NCBI GenBank assembly: GCA_008632985.1 | Contig: QPGO01000023.1 | Coordinates: 217,266 to 281,265 of the forward strand | Length of the DNA: 64,000 nt | Source: Psammoneis japonica | Taxonomy: Eukaryota | Direction: 5' to 3' | Shown here: positions 48,886 to 62,600 of the stretch, piece by piece | How the letters are laid out: each line of letters opens with the position of its first letter | Numbering within the stretch: the first letter of the stretch is position 1 | Translations under genes and position numbers: made by a program | Notes under the pieces: generated by a model | The model's database searches: none | Told to the model about the DNA's origin: nothing | Seen by the model: only the letters and a program-made list of their open reading frames with translations

Positions 48886-51800
48886 ATGGAAGAACCGCTC
48901 TCCCAAACTCTTAGATCGGTTGCTGAAAGCCATTATGCGGGTGCTGTCTCGACCGTGTCACGCATCTTGGCTTCTCCATTGAACTTTGAATCGCAAGACA
49001 AGGCGGTGGGAGCCATGAAGGCATTAGACGCGTGTTGTCGGAATCTCTGTGCCTTGTTTGGGATTGCGCATACCGACGAGACGGAAATTTGTTTGACGAG
49101 ACTCTATCAAATGGTGGATACCGACTCGTATACCTACAAGAAGAAGGGAAAGCAGGCCCGCAATGCTCCACGAGACGTCACAACGACGGCCCTATCGATT
49201 TTGCTGGCGGCGTGTGCTCGAGCCAAGACGGAGTTTGCGAGTGGAAAAATGGGTCCTCATTACAATGCAGCACTTGTGGACTTGGTGGAGGCTGCCTTGC
49301 TTGCGGCTGGCAGTTTTTGTGGTTCTTCTGTGGCTCCGGGAAGCGGAAAGGGATCGTTGTTTAAAAGGGTGAATAGCCTTGTAATGTATGAGTTGGAAAC
49401 GAATGGTTGGATGGAATTCTCATCTTTTGAAACGTAAATGTTGGCTATAATGCAGGATGATGTACCCACAGACAATGACTTCAAGAGGCGAGAACAAGAA
49501 TCCTGTTCCACTGCGTGTGACGTTCTCGTATACGGAACCAAACAGCGACAAGCTGTGTTGCCCACTCTTCTTGTGGGTGGCTATGGAGAAAGATCTGTCT
49601 CTGCTGCCTTGCGTCTGGCTTTGGCGGTAGCTCAGAACGGAACGGAGAAGGAACACGGCAAGCTTGCCATGAGTGGTATTCTTAATCCCATCCATGGCAT
49701 GCTTCGTGTTTCTCTCACGGGTAGGTGTTGCCTACATGAGTGGATTCCAAAGGACTGCGTGGATAGTATTGAGACTCACCGACCCCATCCTACTTTTGTC
49801 TACAGATGGTGATTTTTTTTTAAATTCTCGGCATCGCCTGCTGTTATCCGATTCTGTGGTCCCCATATTGCCGCTGGAGAAGGTAACGGCCTTCAGTCGG
49901 TGAGAGAATCTATTCGGGTTGCGACCAATGTGCTTACGCTTCCGGTGGATCCTAAGGCCAGTATCAAGCAGATTGAGACTCAAGAGTTGCTCAAGTCGGA
50001 ATGCATTAGTGCTCTCGATGCACTCAGCAAGAATGCTTCCTTGTGGAATTCCGTTTCCAAGGACGCCCTCCCATCTGTTGTCAATTACCTTCATAGTGGT
50101 GAGATGGGATTGGCAAACCAATGTCAACGTAAAACGCGCATGGCCGCACTCCAAGCGGTGCAACGAATCATCCAACTGCCTTCGCATACTATCTCTGCTG
50201 CCCAATGTGGAATCGCCGAGCCATTGGCCAATATCATTGCGTCAAACAGAAAGAACGACGACGAGAGCCGTGGTAATGGGCTGTTGCGAGCATGAAGGTA
50301 CTCCACGTTATTTCCCGTAGTGATGACGCAAGATGAGCAGCTCATCTTTTGGAATGCGGAGCTGTCGCTGCAGTGTGTGGCGCTGTTGGTGACGCTGCGA
50401 CAGATAATCCAGAACAGCCAACCGACCCTCGGGCCGATATTACCTTTCTTGGACTGGATATTCTCCATTCCGTGTTGTCCAACATCGAGCGCTCGAGTCG
50501 GTATTCAACGAGGCGGCCTTTGTTCCGGGCCCTCTGTGCCACACTCCTTGTTGGTACAAAGACGAAAATGGATAGCTTTAAAGTTCCTCCGATTTATGGG
50601 CCGCAACTTGTCCACGTAGACGAAAAGTGCGCAGGATTCAAAGACACGCATGACACCGCGAATTCGCTTTTCTTCGTGTGTGCGGTATTTTACTTTGCGA
50701 TTGAGTCACCTTCGAGGGATTTGTTTTTGGAATAATGCGCTTTTGCGAAGAAACGCTGGTGAGGTGGAGTCTTCTGAATGTGAAAAGGATGCGGCGGTCT
50801 TGTGCACCCATCTCCTCGCTATTCTCGGTGGCGATGAATCTAGGCCTTTCGTTCCTTTTGCCAAAGAAGAAGCAAGACTATGCCACGATTTTCCGACCAC
50901 TCCTTCGTCATCGCCTTCTGGACGAATTGAAGGAATTCATTGTCGAGAAGGAAGACTCCCGGGTACTATCTCCAGCATACGAGGACGACTCGTACAAGTT
51001 GTGTCTGCTAAAAGAATTTGGTGTCCCTCAGCACTGTGTCTTGCTCTTTGCAAGGACCAAGCCTTGTTGGGCCCTTCGTTTGAGTTGATCAAGTTGCTAA
51101 TGGACTTCATTGACAACAAGGCTACCGTGTTGGCTCTCTTTTACTTGTTGAATATCGAAAGTTCAGAAGAAGTTTCAAGTCAAGCAGTTGACCGTATTCG
51201 GGCCACAATTGCATCCATGTTGGATTGGCGGAACAAGGGTTGCTTGCAGAAGCCGTTGATCGCCTTGACGTCCGTTCTAGCGCGATTGCAGCGCTGGCTG
51301 CAGCTTGCCTTGCTGAAGATGAGCAGGGCTCTTCGGCAACGCACGACGACGAGGATGATGACAAACCCTCGACGTCAGCAAGAATGTCAAGTAGGTGTAT
51401 GCAATGCATGGTTGAGTTATGCGCAGATGAGGATGCTCCAGAAGACGCGACCTCAAGAGTAATGCACCCAGCTCCACAAGAGGCGGAAGCAATTGCTTCG
51501 AGACTGGGAAAGAAGATTTGTCAGATGGTCATTTCTCGCTTCTTGGAAATGGCGAAGCTTGAACTGTACGAAATAGAAGACGATCGATGAGCTTATTACG
51601 GAAGCGCCCGACGTGACGATGCCCTGTGCTGTAGCCCAGCACGACAAAGCTTTGAAGACGCTGTGTTGTTTGGGTGGCCTCAATGCTCTGAGTCTGACAG
51701 CCGCCGAAGGTGAGCTTCAAGCTATTTTGTCAATGCAAAAGGCTTGCAAAGACGACCCCGCGGAGGTACTCAAGGTCGACGGACACTTGAATGTCATGGA

Positions 51801-52700
51801 ATTGTTTGGCGAAGAAAAGGAACATGCTCATTGGCACTCATCGATAGCAGATAGCCGCCGTATCGAGGAAGAGGCATTCAGGCTTCGGAATGGCATTTGC
51901 GCGGGGTCGAAAATAAAAAGGGCGTGAGAGCTGTTGCAGCCACTGAACAATGCGGCCATCGCATTGCACGTGCTTCCGAAATAATCTCGGTTTTAGTGGC
52001 CGACGCGGAAGTTGATACAACTGACGACGAGGAAACCGACGATGCTCCTGAATCTTCTGATACGGGAGACGAGAACATGGATGAAGAAGCTTCGAAAATC
52101 GATGACAGTGCAGCCGAGGAAGAGAAAGCCCAAAGCCCTGACGAGCGTACGAAGAAGCAATCTCGGGAAATAAAGGTAGTCATTGACAATCCCGGTCTAG
52201 AGATTGCTGCGTATTTGTTTCTTTCACAGCTTTTGTTCTCCAAGAAGTGCCGCGGAACCATTCTTAGAGATTCCGCTCTTTTGGAGGCGACTACGGCTGT
52301 GGCGGCGCAGTCTACCTCTCCCAAATTGCAGTTTGCGGCGGTGTCGTTTCTGGCCAAGATTGCACCGTTTGCAATGAGCTCTGGTGTTGACGCTGCTGTC
52401 TCGCCGGCAGAACTCACGGAAGTTAGCCACTCTGTTTTGAACTCAAGACCAAGAAGCGCCATCAAAGCCGACAAACGAGGAAGCGCACGCACAAGCTTTA
52501 AATCCACGGGATCGACCATCAACCTTCTTAATGGCGCTATCATTTCGGGAATCAAAGCTGTTTTCCTTTGTGTCGATGCGGATGTCCCATTGGCTTTGCT
52601 GCAGGATGCATGCTGTGCTCACCTCTTCTTCCATCTCTTGGGTTCCCTCATTCCCACTGGCATCCACAGCAAAGTCATTGGCAGCGGGTGTTGCTGCACC
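48886..52700 (+). pseudogene. Fragmented large alpha-solenoid (ARM/HEAT-like) protein gene
   Basis: Chain of + strand Leu/Ala-rich helical ORFs (48886-49437, 49438-49812, 49900-50295, 50349-50735, 51225-51590, 51613-51927, 51897-52706) broken by stops and frameshifts; grades into island 3. Confidence 0.55.
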
Positions 52701-54480
52701 ACATGAGAAAAGAAGCCCCTTGACTGTCGTTGCATGCTGTCACCTTTGCTCTGCATGATTGAAAGGCAAGTGCCAAAGTGTCAAATTCAACAGCTGCAAC
52801 AGCAATGACAACAATGCAATGGACTCACTGAAGAAAATCAAGCTGTGCTTTCCTGGAGCTGTGGCCAAACAATGTTCCTGAGGCCATGGCATTGTGGTTG
52901 TTGCGGTGCTGTCTCATCTTTTTGGATTGTTGTGATGGGGGGTTGCACTTTGATTTTGATTTTTTGGTCAAAATTTTTAATCTCATGTTTTCAAGGACAA
53001 ACAACATTGTGTTCAAAATTTTGTTAATTTGAAATGGCATGTAGACATCACTGTGTGTGTGTGTCCAATCAAGGATTTGCTTGCAGTGCTGTGCACATTG
53101 ACACCTCTCAAAAATCAATGGTGAGGCAGGTGACGCATTTGAATGTCACTTGTGTGCAACCAGATGTTTAATTTGTCTTCCCTCCCTTTTTGGCGGGGAC
53201 CAGCACCGTCCACAACAGATGGTGCAACCCCATTTTCAGCTTTGTGTTGTCCTGTTGTTGTTGCTTTTTAGCCCACAACACATCCACATCTGCTGTTCTC
53301 TCATTGACATTGCCAATTGGCTGGTCTCACAACACACTGATCACTGCTGTGTGACCTGGTTCTTGGCTTGAGTGAGATGGCACCAGAAGAAGCTGTTCAA
53401 GGTTCAGGTGTGATGAAACTGGCTGCAGCCCCTGTCAAACATGACCTGGCCCATCTGCAACACACAGAAATGCTCCTCCTGGACCTGCAGAACAAGAGCT
53501 CCCATCTTTGCTGAATGGCAGAAGCTGTTGGAGCAGGTGACCCACCACTGCCCCCCCCCTGTCAGATGACCTGCAATGAGCAGAGAGGCCCCTCTGCAAC
53601 AATGCTCAAAAAACCCCTCCTCTCCCAGACCTGCAGTCAAAGACATCTCATCTTCTGTGCTGCTCAGAGCTCAGCTGCAATGTGATCTGCAGCAGGATTG
53701 CTCAAAGGGACAGGGCACATGCTGTGGGTGTGAGAGCTCACAGAATGTCCGCCAGCTGCAGCAGCAGTGCAAACCTCACAGGTGAGAGTTGTAAAAAGTG
53801 TGCAATTCCACCTGAAACCTCTGCATTTTTTGTGACCGGCAAACAAACCACATTGTGAAAACAGCCCAGCAGGTCAGATGCAAACAAAGGTGCCAGATCC
53901 AGAGGGTGGGCCCAGGCTCTTCAAATGTGGAGATCATCCACCAAGTCACACCAGGGGCAATGACCAGAGTGAAAGTTCAGAGATGACAGATGCTGCCAAT
54001 GACTTCCCTCACTCAGATCAGGAAAGGAACAAGCACCTGCAGATTCCTTGGAGCACTGGACAAGAGAGCAGGGTTGACTTGCCCACCAGATTTCTTCTCA
54101 CACTGTGGAACATTTGCCAGCAGAACATTTTTCTAGAAAGAGCACCAGCAAACAAATCTTGGCATCAGGCACTGTGTTTCATGATGGCACAGGCTGGGAG
54201 AGTGGTGCTTCAGACAAAGATGCCCACCTGCAGCTGCAGCTGCATGTGGCTCAGCTTGCAGCAAGCCTCATGGATCAGAAGTGCAGCCAAGTGGCAAATG
54301 TCCTCAGACAGGTCACTGAACAGAGAAGAGAGGCCTGGCTTGGCAAGAAAGGCAGAGAAGTCAGGTGTGCTGCGATTGAGAAGTGAAAGGCAAGGATCAA
54401 AGAGCCAGAGGTTGGAAAGAAGACAGGCAAGAGCAGGGCACAAGCAGGAAGAACAAAAGCCAGAAAAGAGACTTGGCAGG

Positions 54481-54936
54481 TCTTCACTCTGACTCTGATG
54501 TGATGACCAACCAAAACCAGGGTGCAACTGTCAGGCGTGGGAGGAAACTGGGAAGGTTGTGGACATTGCCCCCATCTTCACCATCACAATTGCAGTGCCA
54601 ACAACTCTTGGGCAAATGAAATGACAGAGAACAGGCAACAGAAAAGACTCTGTCATGGAGAACATTCTCCCCCCCCCCCCAAAAAAAGATCACAAGGAGG
54701 GTTGTTGCTGACTTTCTGGCTTCTGGGGATCAAGAGCTGCACAAAAAAAAACAGCTGAAATGTTTGGAGAGAAAGGAGAGTCAGCTGTGTCATCTTCACT
54801 CTGACTCTGACTCTGGCACAATCACCAACCAAAAGGGTGCAACTGCAATGACTTTGGAGGAAACTGCTGGGAAGGTTGTGCACATTTCCCCCATCTTCAC
54901 CACCAAAATTGTGTCGCCAACAACTCTTGAGCAAAT
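54481..54936. repeat. Dispersed ~140-bp direct repeat pair
   Basis: tcttcactctgactctga...caacaactcttg(g/a)gcaaat at ~54481-54617 and ~54793-54936. Confidence 0.8.
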
Positions 54937-55104
54937 CAGGTCAGTTTGGCCATGAAAATTGTCATTTCACACTGTGACCTCTCAAAAACTGAGAGTGAAT
55001 CACATTTGACCATTTGCACTCCATCAGCAATTTAATTTGTCTTCCCTCCTTTTTTGCCTGGGACCAACATTGTTGACACGAATGGTGGTGCAATCCCATT
55101 TTCA

Positions 55105-55239
55105 TTGTTGTTGCTCTTGTTGTTCTTGTTCTTCTTCTTCTTGTTCTTCTTGTTTTTGTTCTTGTTCTTGTTGTTCTTGTTGTTGTTGTTGTTGCTGCTG
55201 CTGCTCCTGCTCCTGCTGCTGCTGCTGCTCCTGCTGCTG
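55105..55239 (-). repeat. Compound trinucleotide repeat reading as a poly-Gln/Glu tract on the minus strand
   Basis: Minus strand is almost entirely CAG/GAG followed by CAA/GAA triplets in one phase. Confidence 0.85.
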
Positions 55240-55789
55240 TCATTGACGTTGTTGTCGTGGTTGTTTTTCAGCCTGCAACACAGCCACATCAAACCACTGA
55301 GATGATGCACAATGCCCCACACTTTAGAAGGAGTGCACTTGAAAGCCAACCTCCCTGATTGGAGGCATGGGCAGTTTGCAGTCACTTGCCTCCCAGCAAT
55401 CTAATGAAAACACCAGTGCAAACTGATGGGTGGAGCTGTGGAGCCATTTCACATGACAAATCACAACCAGTTTTGAATTGCTGCATTTGACACAAGCTGG
55501 GCAGGTTTGTTGTGGTGTGGTTTGTGGTGAAGTCATCAGTGCTCAGTGCTCAACACCCAAGCATGCACAAGTGTGGCCAAGCAACCAGACTGTGGCTGCT
55601 CCTCAATGCTTTGTGTTTTCACCTTGGGGGGGTGTGCACATTGTGCTCAGAAGATTGGAGAGTGGACAACTTGTCCAAATCAACTTTTGCAGCTGTGGCT
55701 GACTGGCCACCAAATGCTTCTGTGCACACATGGGCTGCTCTGCCACAACAGTTGTGGCCAAACCCAACCAAACAACCAAGCTGTGCAGA

Positions 55790-58700
55790 AACAAGCACAG
55801 CTTCAGAGAATGCAAACACTTTGGCAGAAGTGATTTTTTTTCCGGTGGCTCACACTTTGCCACAATTTTCTGTGTGCACACCCAGAGGCTGTTCCACTGC
55901 CAAAACTGCAGCCAACAAACATGCCCAAACTGCAATCAAGCCATTGAGGCTGCTCCTTGGGATGTGAAATGTGTGCTCAGAAGCTGAAGCTGCAAACCAT
56001 TTTGCAGAAGGGACTTTTTCTGTTGGCTCACACTTTGCCACCAGGTCTCTCTGTTCGCTGCCCTGACTTTGCTCTGCCACCACAAGAGCTGCAGCCAAAC
56101 AAACCACATGAACTGTGCTCCACCCTTTGAGACTGTTTCTTGGGACATGGAAAGTGAGCTCAGAAGCTGAGAGTGCAAAAACTTTGGCAGAAGTGACTTT
56201 TTCTGCTGGCTTGCACTTTGCCACCAGGTTTCTCTGTTGGCTGCCCTGACTTTGCTCTCCCACCACAACTGCAGTCATGCAAGCCACCCATGCTGTGCTC
56301 AACCTTTTGAAACTGCTTCTTGAGACATGGAAAGTGAGCTCAGAAGCTGAGAGTGCATGCACTTTGGCAGAAGGGACTTTTTCTGCTGGCTCACACTTTG
56401 CCACCAGGTTTCTGTGCACACCCAGAGGCTGCTCTGCTGCCAAAACTGCCACCAACAAACACACCCAAACTGCAATCAAGCCTTTGAGGCTGCTCCTTGG
56501 GATGTGAAGTGTGTGCTCAGAAGCAGAAGCTGCAAACCATTTTGCAAAAGAGACTTTGTCTGTTGGCTCACCCTTTGCCACCAGGTCTCTCTGTTGGCTG
56601 CCCTGACTTTGCTCTGCCACCACAAGAAATGCAGCCAAGTGAACCACACAAACTGTGCTCAACCCTTTGAGACTGTTTCTTGGGACATGGAAAGCAAACT
56701 CAGAAGCTGAGAGTGCAAACACTTTGGCGGAAGTGACTTTTTCTGCTGGCTTGCACTTTGCCACCAGGTTTCTCTGTTGGCTGCCCTGATTTTGCTCTCC
56801 CACCACAACTGCAGTCAAACAAACCACCCAAACTGTGCTCAACCTTTTGAGACCACTTCTTGAGACATGGAAAGTGAGCTCAGAAGCTGAGAGTGCAAAC
56901 ACTTTGGCAGAAGCGACTTTTTCTGCTGGCTCACACTTTGCCACCATGTTTCTGTGCACACCCAGAGGCTGCTCTGCTGCCAAAGCAGCCACCAAGAAAC
57001 ACACCTAAACTGCATTTGAGTCTTTGAGGCTGCTCCTTGGGATGTGAAGTGTGCGCTCAGAAGTTGAAGCTGCAAACCATTTTGAAGAAGAGACTTTTTC
57101 TGTTGGCTCACACTTTGCAACCAGGTCTCTGTGTTGGCTGCCCTGATTTTGCTTTGCCACCACAAGAACTGCAGCCAAACAAACCGCCCAACCTGTGCTC
57201 AACCTTTTGAGACTGTTTTTGGAGACATGGAAAGTGAGGAGCTCAGAAGCTGAGAGTGCAAACACTTTGGCAGAAGGGACTTTTTCTGCTGACTCACACT
57301 TTGCCACCAGGTTTCCATGCACACCCAGAGACTGCTCTGCTGCCAAAACTGCAGCCAAGAAACACACTCAAACTGCAATGAAGCCTTTGGGGCTGCTCCT
57401 TGGGATGGGAAGTGTGTGCTCAAAAGCTGAAGCTGCAAACCATTTTGCTGAAGAGACTTTTTTTGTCGGCTCACACTTTGCCCCCAGGTCTCTCTGTTGG
57501 CTGCCCTGATTGTGCTCTGCCACCACAAGAACTGCAGCCAAATAAACCACACAAATTGTGCTCCATCATTTGACACTGTTCCGTGGGACATGGAAAGTGA
57601 GCTCAGAAGCTGAGAGTGCAAACACTTTGGCAGAAGTGACTTTTTTTTCTGGCTCACATTTTGCCACCAGGTTTCTCTGTTGGCTGCCCTGATTTTGCTC
57701 TCCCACCACAACTGCAGTCAAACAAACCACCAAAACTGTGCTCAACCTTTTGAAACTGCTTCTTGACACATGGAAAGTGAGCTCAGAAGCTGAGAGTGCA
57801 AACACTTTGGCAGAAGCGACTTTTTCTGCTGGCTCGTGCTTTGCCACCATGTTTCTGTGCACACCCAGAGGCTGCTCTGCTGCCAAAACTGCCGCCAAGA
57901 AATGCACACCCAAACTGCAATGAGTCTTTGAGGCTGCTCCTTGGGCTGTGAAGTGCGTGCTCAAAAGCTGAAGCTGCAAACCATTTTGCAGAAGAGACTT
58001 TTTCTGTTGGCTCACCCTTTGCAACCAGGTCTCTCTGTTGGCTGCCCTGACTTTGCTCTGCCACCACAAGATCTGCGGCCAAGTGAACCACACAAACTGT
58101 GCTCCACCCTTTGAGACTGTTCCTTGGGACAAGGAAAGTGAGCTCAGAAGCTGAGAGTGCAAACACTTTGGCAGAAGTGACTTTCTCTGCTGGCTCACTC
58201 TTTGCCACCATGTTTCTCTGTTGGCTGCCCTGATTTTGCTCTCCCACCACAACTGCAGTCAAACAAACCACCCAAACTGTGCTCAACCTTTTGACGCTGC
58301 TTCTTGAGACATGGAAAGTGAGCTCAGAGGCTGAGAGTGCAAACACTTTGGCAGAAGCGACTTTTTCTGCTGGCTCACACTTTGCCACCATGTTTCTGTG
58401 CACACCCAGAGGCTGCTCTGCTGCCAAAACTGCCGCCAACAAACACACCCAAACTGCAATCAAGCCTTTGAGGCTGCTCCTTGGGATGTGAAGTGTGTGC
58501 TCAGAAGCTGAAGTTGCCAACCATTTTGCAGAAGAGACTTTTTCTGTCAGCTCACCCTTTGCAACCAGGTCTCTCTGTTGGCTGCCCTGACTTTGCTCTG
58601 CCACCACAAGAGCTGCGGCCAAGTGAACCACACAAACTGTGCTCCACCCTTTGAGACTGTTCCTTTGGACATGGAAAGTGAGCGCAGAAGCTGAGAGTGC

Positions 58701-59668
58701 AAACACTTTGGCAGAAGTGACTTTTTCTGCTGGCTCACTCTTTGCCACTGAGTTTCTCTGTTGGCTGCCCTGATTTTGCTCTCCCACCACAACTGCAGTC
58801 AAACAAACCACCAAAACTGTGCTCAACCTTTTGAAACTGCTTTTTGACACATGGAAAGTGAGCTCAGAAGCTGAGAGTGCAAACACTTTGGCAGAAGCGA
58901 CTTTTTCTGCTGGCTCACACTTTGCCACCAGGTTTCTGTGCACACCCAGAGGCTGCTCTGCCGCCAAAACTGCAGCCAAGAAACACACCCAAACTGCAAT
59001 CAAGCCTTTGAGGCTGCTCCTTGAGATGTGAAGTGCGTGCTCAAAAGCTGAAGCTGCAAACCATTTTGCAGAAGAGACTTTTTCTGTTGGCTCACCCTTT
59101 GCCACCAGGTCTCTCTGTTGGCTGCCCTGACTTTGCTCTGCCACCACAAGAGCTGCAGCCAAACGAACCACACAAGCTGTGCTCAACCCTTTGAGACTGT
59201 TCCTTGTGACATGGAAAGTGAGCTCAGAAGCTGAGAGTGCAAACACTTTGGCAGAAGTGACTTTTTCTGCTGGCTCACACTTTGCCACCAGATTTCGCTG
59301 TTGGCTGACCTGATTTTGCTCTCCTGCCACAACTGCAGTCAAACAAACCACCCAGACTGTGCTCAACCTTTTGGGACTGTTTTTGGAGACATGGAAAGTG
59401 AGCTCAGAAGCTGAGAGTGAATCACTTTGGCAGAAGTGACTTTTTCTGCTTGCTCATGCTTTGCTGCCTCCAGGTTTCTGTGCACACCCAGAGGCTGCTC
59501 TGCTGCCAAAACTGAAGCCAAGAAGCACACCCAAACTGCAATCAAGTCTTTGAGGCTGCTCCTTGGGATGTGAAGTGTGTGCTCAGAAGCTGAAGCTTCA
59601 AGCCATTTTGCAGAAGAGACTTTTTCTGTTGGCTCACACTTTGCCACCAGGTCTCTCTGTTGGCTGCT
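55790..59668. repeat. Tandem array of ~22 monomers of 177-183 bp in a 540-bp three-monomer higher-order repeat
   Basis: Anchor ctca(g/a)aagctga recurs at ~55977, 56159, 56339, 56517, 56699, 56879, 57056, 57242, 57419, 57602, 57782, 57960, 58143, 58323, 58500, 58683, 58863, 59040, 59223, 59403 and 59582. Confidence 0.97.
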
Positions 59669-59699
59669 GCCGCTTCATGGGCAAGTCCCAGAAAATTGG

Positions 59700-62600
59700 T
59701 CATTGACACAATGCAGCTCTTTTGTCCATCACCCTTTGTGCCAAGTGGAAGCACACCCGGTGCAGAAAGCTGGAGCTGATGCACTCAAATGACAAACGCA
59801 AAAGCATGAAACAAAAGGAGTGCAAACACACCACAGGGCAGTTTTGGTGCTTGCTGTCAAACAAGGGCAAAAGGCAAAACACAAAACTGGCTGTCAAGGA
59901 GGTCCTGCCAGTGTTGTCAGCATGAGTGACAGCACCACTTTACATGCACAAGATGGTGTGCGGACACATGCATGCACAATCTGTGGCAGATTGTGCACTG
60001 CCATGCCACATCACATTTTTCTTGATGCAACAGTTCAGATGAGTCATTGGCTGCCCCAAAATTTGCATGGGAGGCCAATGGACAAACACAATGATGTTGT
60101 TGTGGTGGTGGCATTGTCAGCACTTTTCCACTGCCATGCAACAGCACAATGTTGTTTTTGATGGAACAACACAGATGAGCACCAATGGCCAGTGCATCAA
60201 AATGGCCCATTTTGCTCAAACTGCAGGAGCTTGTTGTTGTGTTCAAACTTGTGTGAGACCAACGCACCATCACAATCACTTTGCTGCAGCCTTGTTGCAG
60301 TGTGCCTTTCTTTACAACACAGATGAGTGCCAGGGGCTGGCACAAGAGAACAACCAAATTTGTTCAAACTGCAGGAGTCACCAGCTTGTCCAAGTTTGAA
60401 GAAGAGGCCAGTGGTGCCAACACAATTTCAACATGGTGGCGGCATGTCAGCACTTTCCCACAGCTGCACAACAGCATGTCTTTCATGATGTGTCAAGAGG
60501 GCAGACAAGCATTGATGGCTGATGTGAAGGAAGAGCCTGTTTTGCTCAAACTGCAGGAGTTCATCACATTCTTGTTCAAGCTTGCATGAGGCAGCGATCA
60601 GTGCATTCTTGTGATGATGTGGCTGAGTTGTCAGCACTTTCTTGCAGCCTTGCAACAGTGTTGTTTTTCTTGACATGACAGCATAAATGAGTGCAGGTGA
60701 ATCTGTCATGTTCTGGCACAAAACAGAAATTTGGGGATGCACTGGGCATGACAATGGTGCTGTCATTGGCACACTGCCAAGGTGCACTTGAAATGTTGGT
60801 CAGTGAGTGCAAGCTTGGCTGTTGCACCACCCCCACATGAGTGCTTCAGAATGCCATGAGTTGATCTTCAGATGGTTCTGATGCATGATTTGGTCATTTT
60901 GGAAGACTGGTGGAGATTGTGCTTTGAATCCATGGGACACCCTGCCTGGACCACAAGCAACTTCCATGTTGGCAATTTTTGCTTTTTCAGTTGCCACAAA
61001 AGAAGTCTCAGCATGCAGCCCAAACACTCTGATGGCACATGCACACTTGTGGGACATTGTCACTTGCAGAGACAATGCTGCAGTGAACACAAAATGGCGG
61101 GAACTTCAAATGGAGGCCTCTGCTGTTGTGCCACAGTGGAGTGCAGTGTCTTCATTCCTTGTGTCTCTTTGTGATGTCTGCATGGTGCCATGCAGAATTG
61201 TGCATGGTGCATGCATGCATGGAGCCCCTCACATTGGGTTGCACTTGCACACCAAAAATGAGCTCTCCAAGCTGTCCATGGCTGTGACATTGTTTCCTGG
61301 AAAAGGTCAGGTGAGTCATTGTTGCATGAGTCCATTGGCAGGACCTGCATCTTGCATTTTCCTCATGGGCAGACAAGCATGCACAGCTTTTGGCTGCTGC
61401 TGTCTGCAAGTCAAATGTGGCAGCACCCTCTGGTGTTGAGGAGATCTGATGATGACACCCACCACACAAAGCCTTCAAGCTCATGCAGCATGTCCTGGAC
61501 ATGAGGAATTGGGTGGGACAATCTTTTGTCCCCATTGTTGAGCTCACAGAAATTGCCAACAAACCATGCCACAAAATCTTGCTTTGGCAAGGAAAATGAT
61601 GGAGCTGTGCACTGCAGACACAGTTGGTTGTGCATTCAGTGATGCCAACTTCATGAATGTGCTCCACTTTCTTTCTCAGCATTGCTTCACATCCCCTTGG
61701 GGCTTTGCAAAGATGTCCGCAACATGGTGCAGCATGATCCTCTTTAAGCTTGGTGTGCTGGAAGGAATTCCCTTTCCACTCACCTGACACACCATCAAGC
61801 AAGGACTCACACTTGCTCAACAAACTGAGCAGCTTCATGTTCTGGTCACTGCCAAGACCTGTTGCTCCCTGCATTGTGTCCTCAAGGCATGCTGGCACAT
61901 GCTCAGCATCTGAGATCTTCACAATTCTGTTGATGCTTTCTGAAAACAGTGGCTCTGGATCTTGAAAACAAATGGAGGTTTCTGCAGTGGCTTCTGTGCA
62001 CTTCAATGGCATCTTGTCATTGACCTTTGGCCACTCCAGCATGTCTCATCCAACAACCATGTGTCAGGTTTGCATGATGATCAAATGTGTGTGTGGTTGA
62101 CTTCACGCACAAGCTCTGCTGTTGCAGACAACTCTGGCAACTGAAAATTGGTGATGCAAGCACAGTGTGCCATCTTGAAGCTGCCTGCCAATGTGGTTTT
62201 GGCTGTCATGTGGCTCAAAAGCCATTTGCTTGCAGCACTTGGCATCTGGCATCACATGCTTTTGATGCTGCCATCTGGCACTGCTTCAATCATTTCAGGC
62301 TTGCCTTCACCATGCTTGGCATCCATGGCTAAAAACAACATTGCTGCCAGTCAAATGTCTGTGCTTGACATGTGTGCAGGGTTGGCCTGTGCAACATGAG
62401 TGTGATGGCACAACAAGTGATGCACTGAACCTGTCTGACTTGCACTGGCCTGCTTGTTCTCAGGTGCTGTTGTCCTCCAAATCCTCATTGGAGTCACCCA
62501 GGGAGAGGGCACAAAAGTGATTTGGCTCCTCTTTGCAAGCCTTGCACACCACCCTGCAGTTCTCAATTACATCTTCCACTCTTGCCTTGGCAGGAGCTTT

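Noticed and set aside
55054..55305. Poly-Leu/Phe membrane protein ORF
   Set aside because: It is the translation of a trinucleotide repeat.
57783..59366. 527-aa minus-strand ORF (and 55850-57004) as an active gene
   Set aside because: Openness is expected once TAA/TAG are depleted in a repeat whose period is a multiple of 3; no credible ATG start or recognisable domain.
55790..59668. CRISPR array
   Set aside because: Monomers are ~180 bp and homologous throughout; no unique spacers, no cas genes, eukaryotic context.
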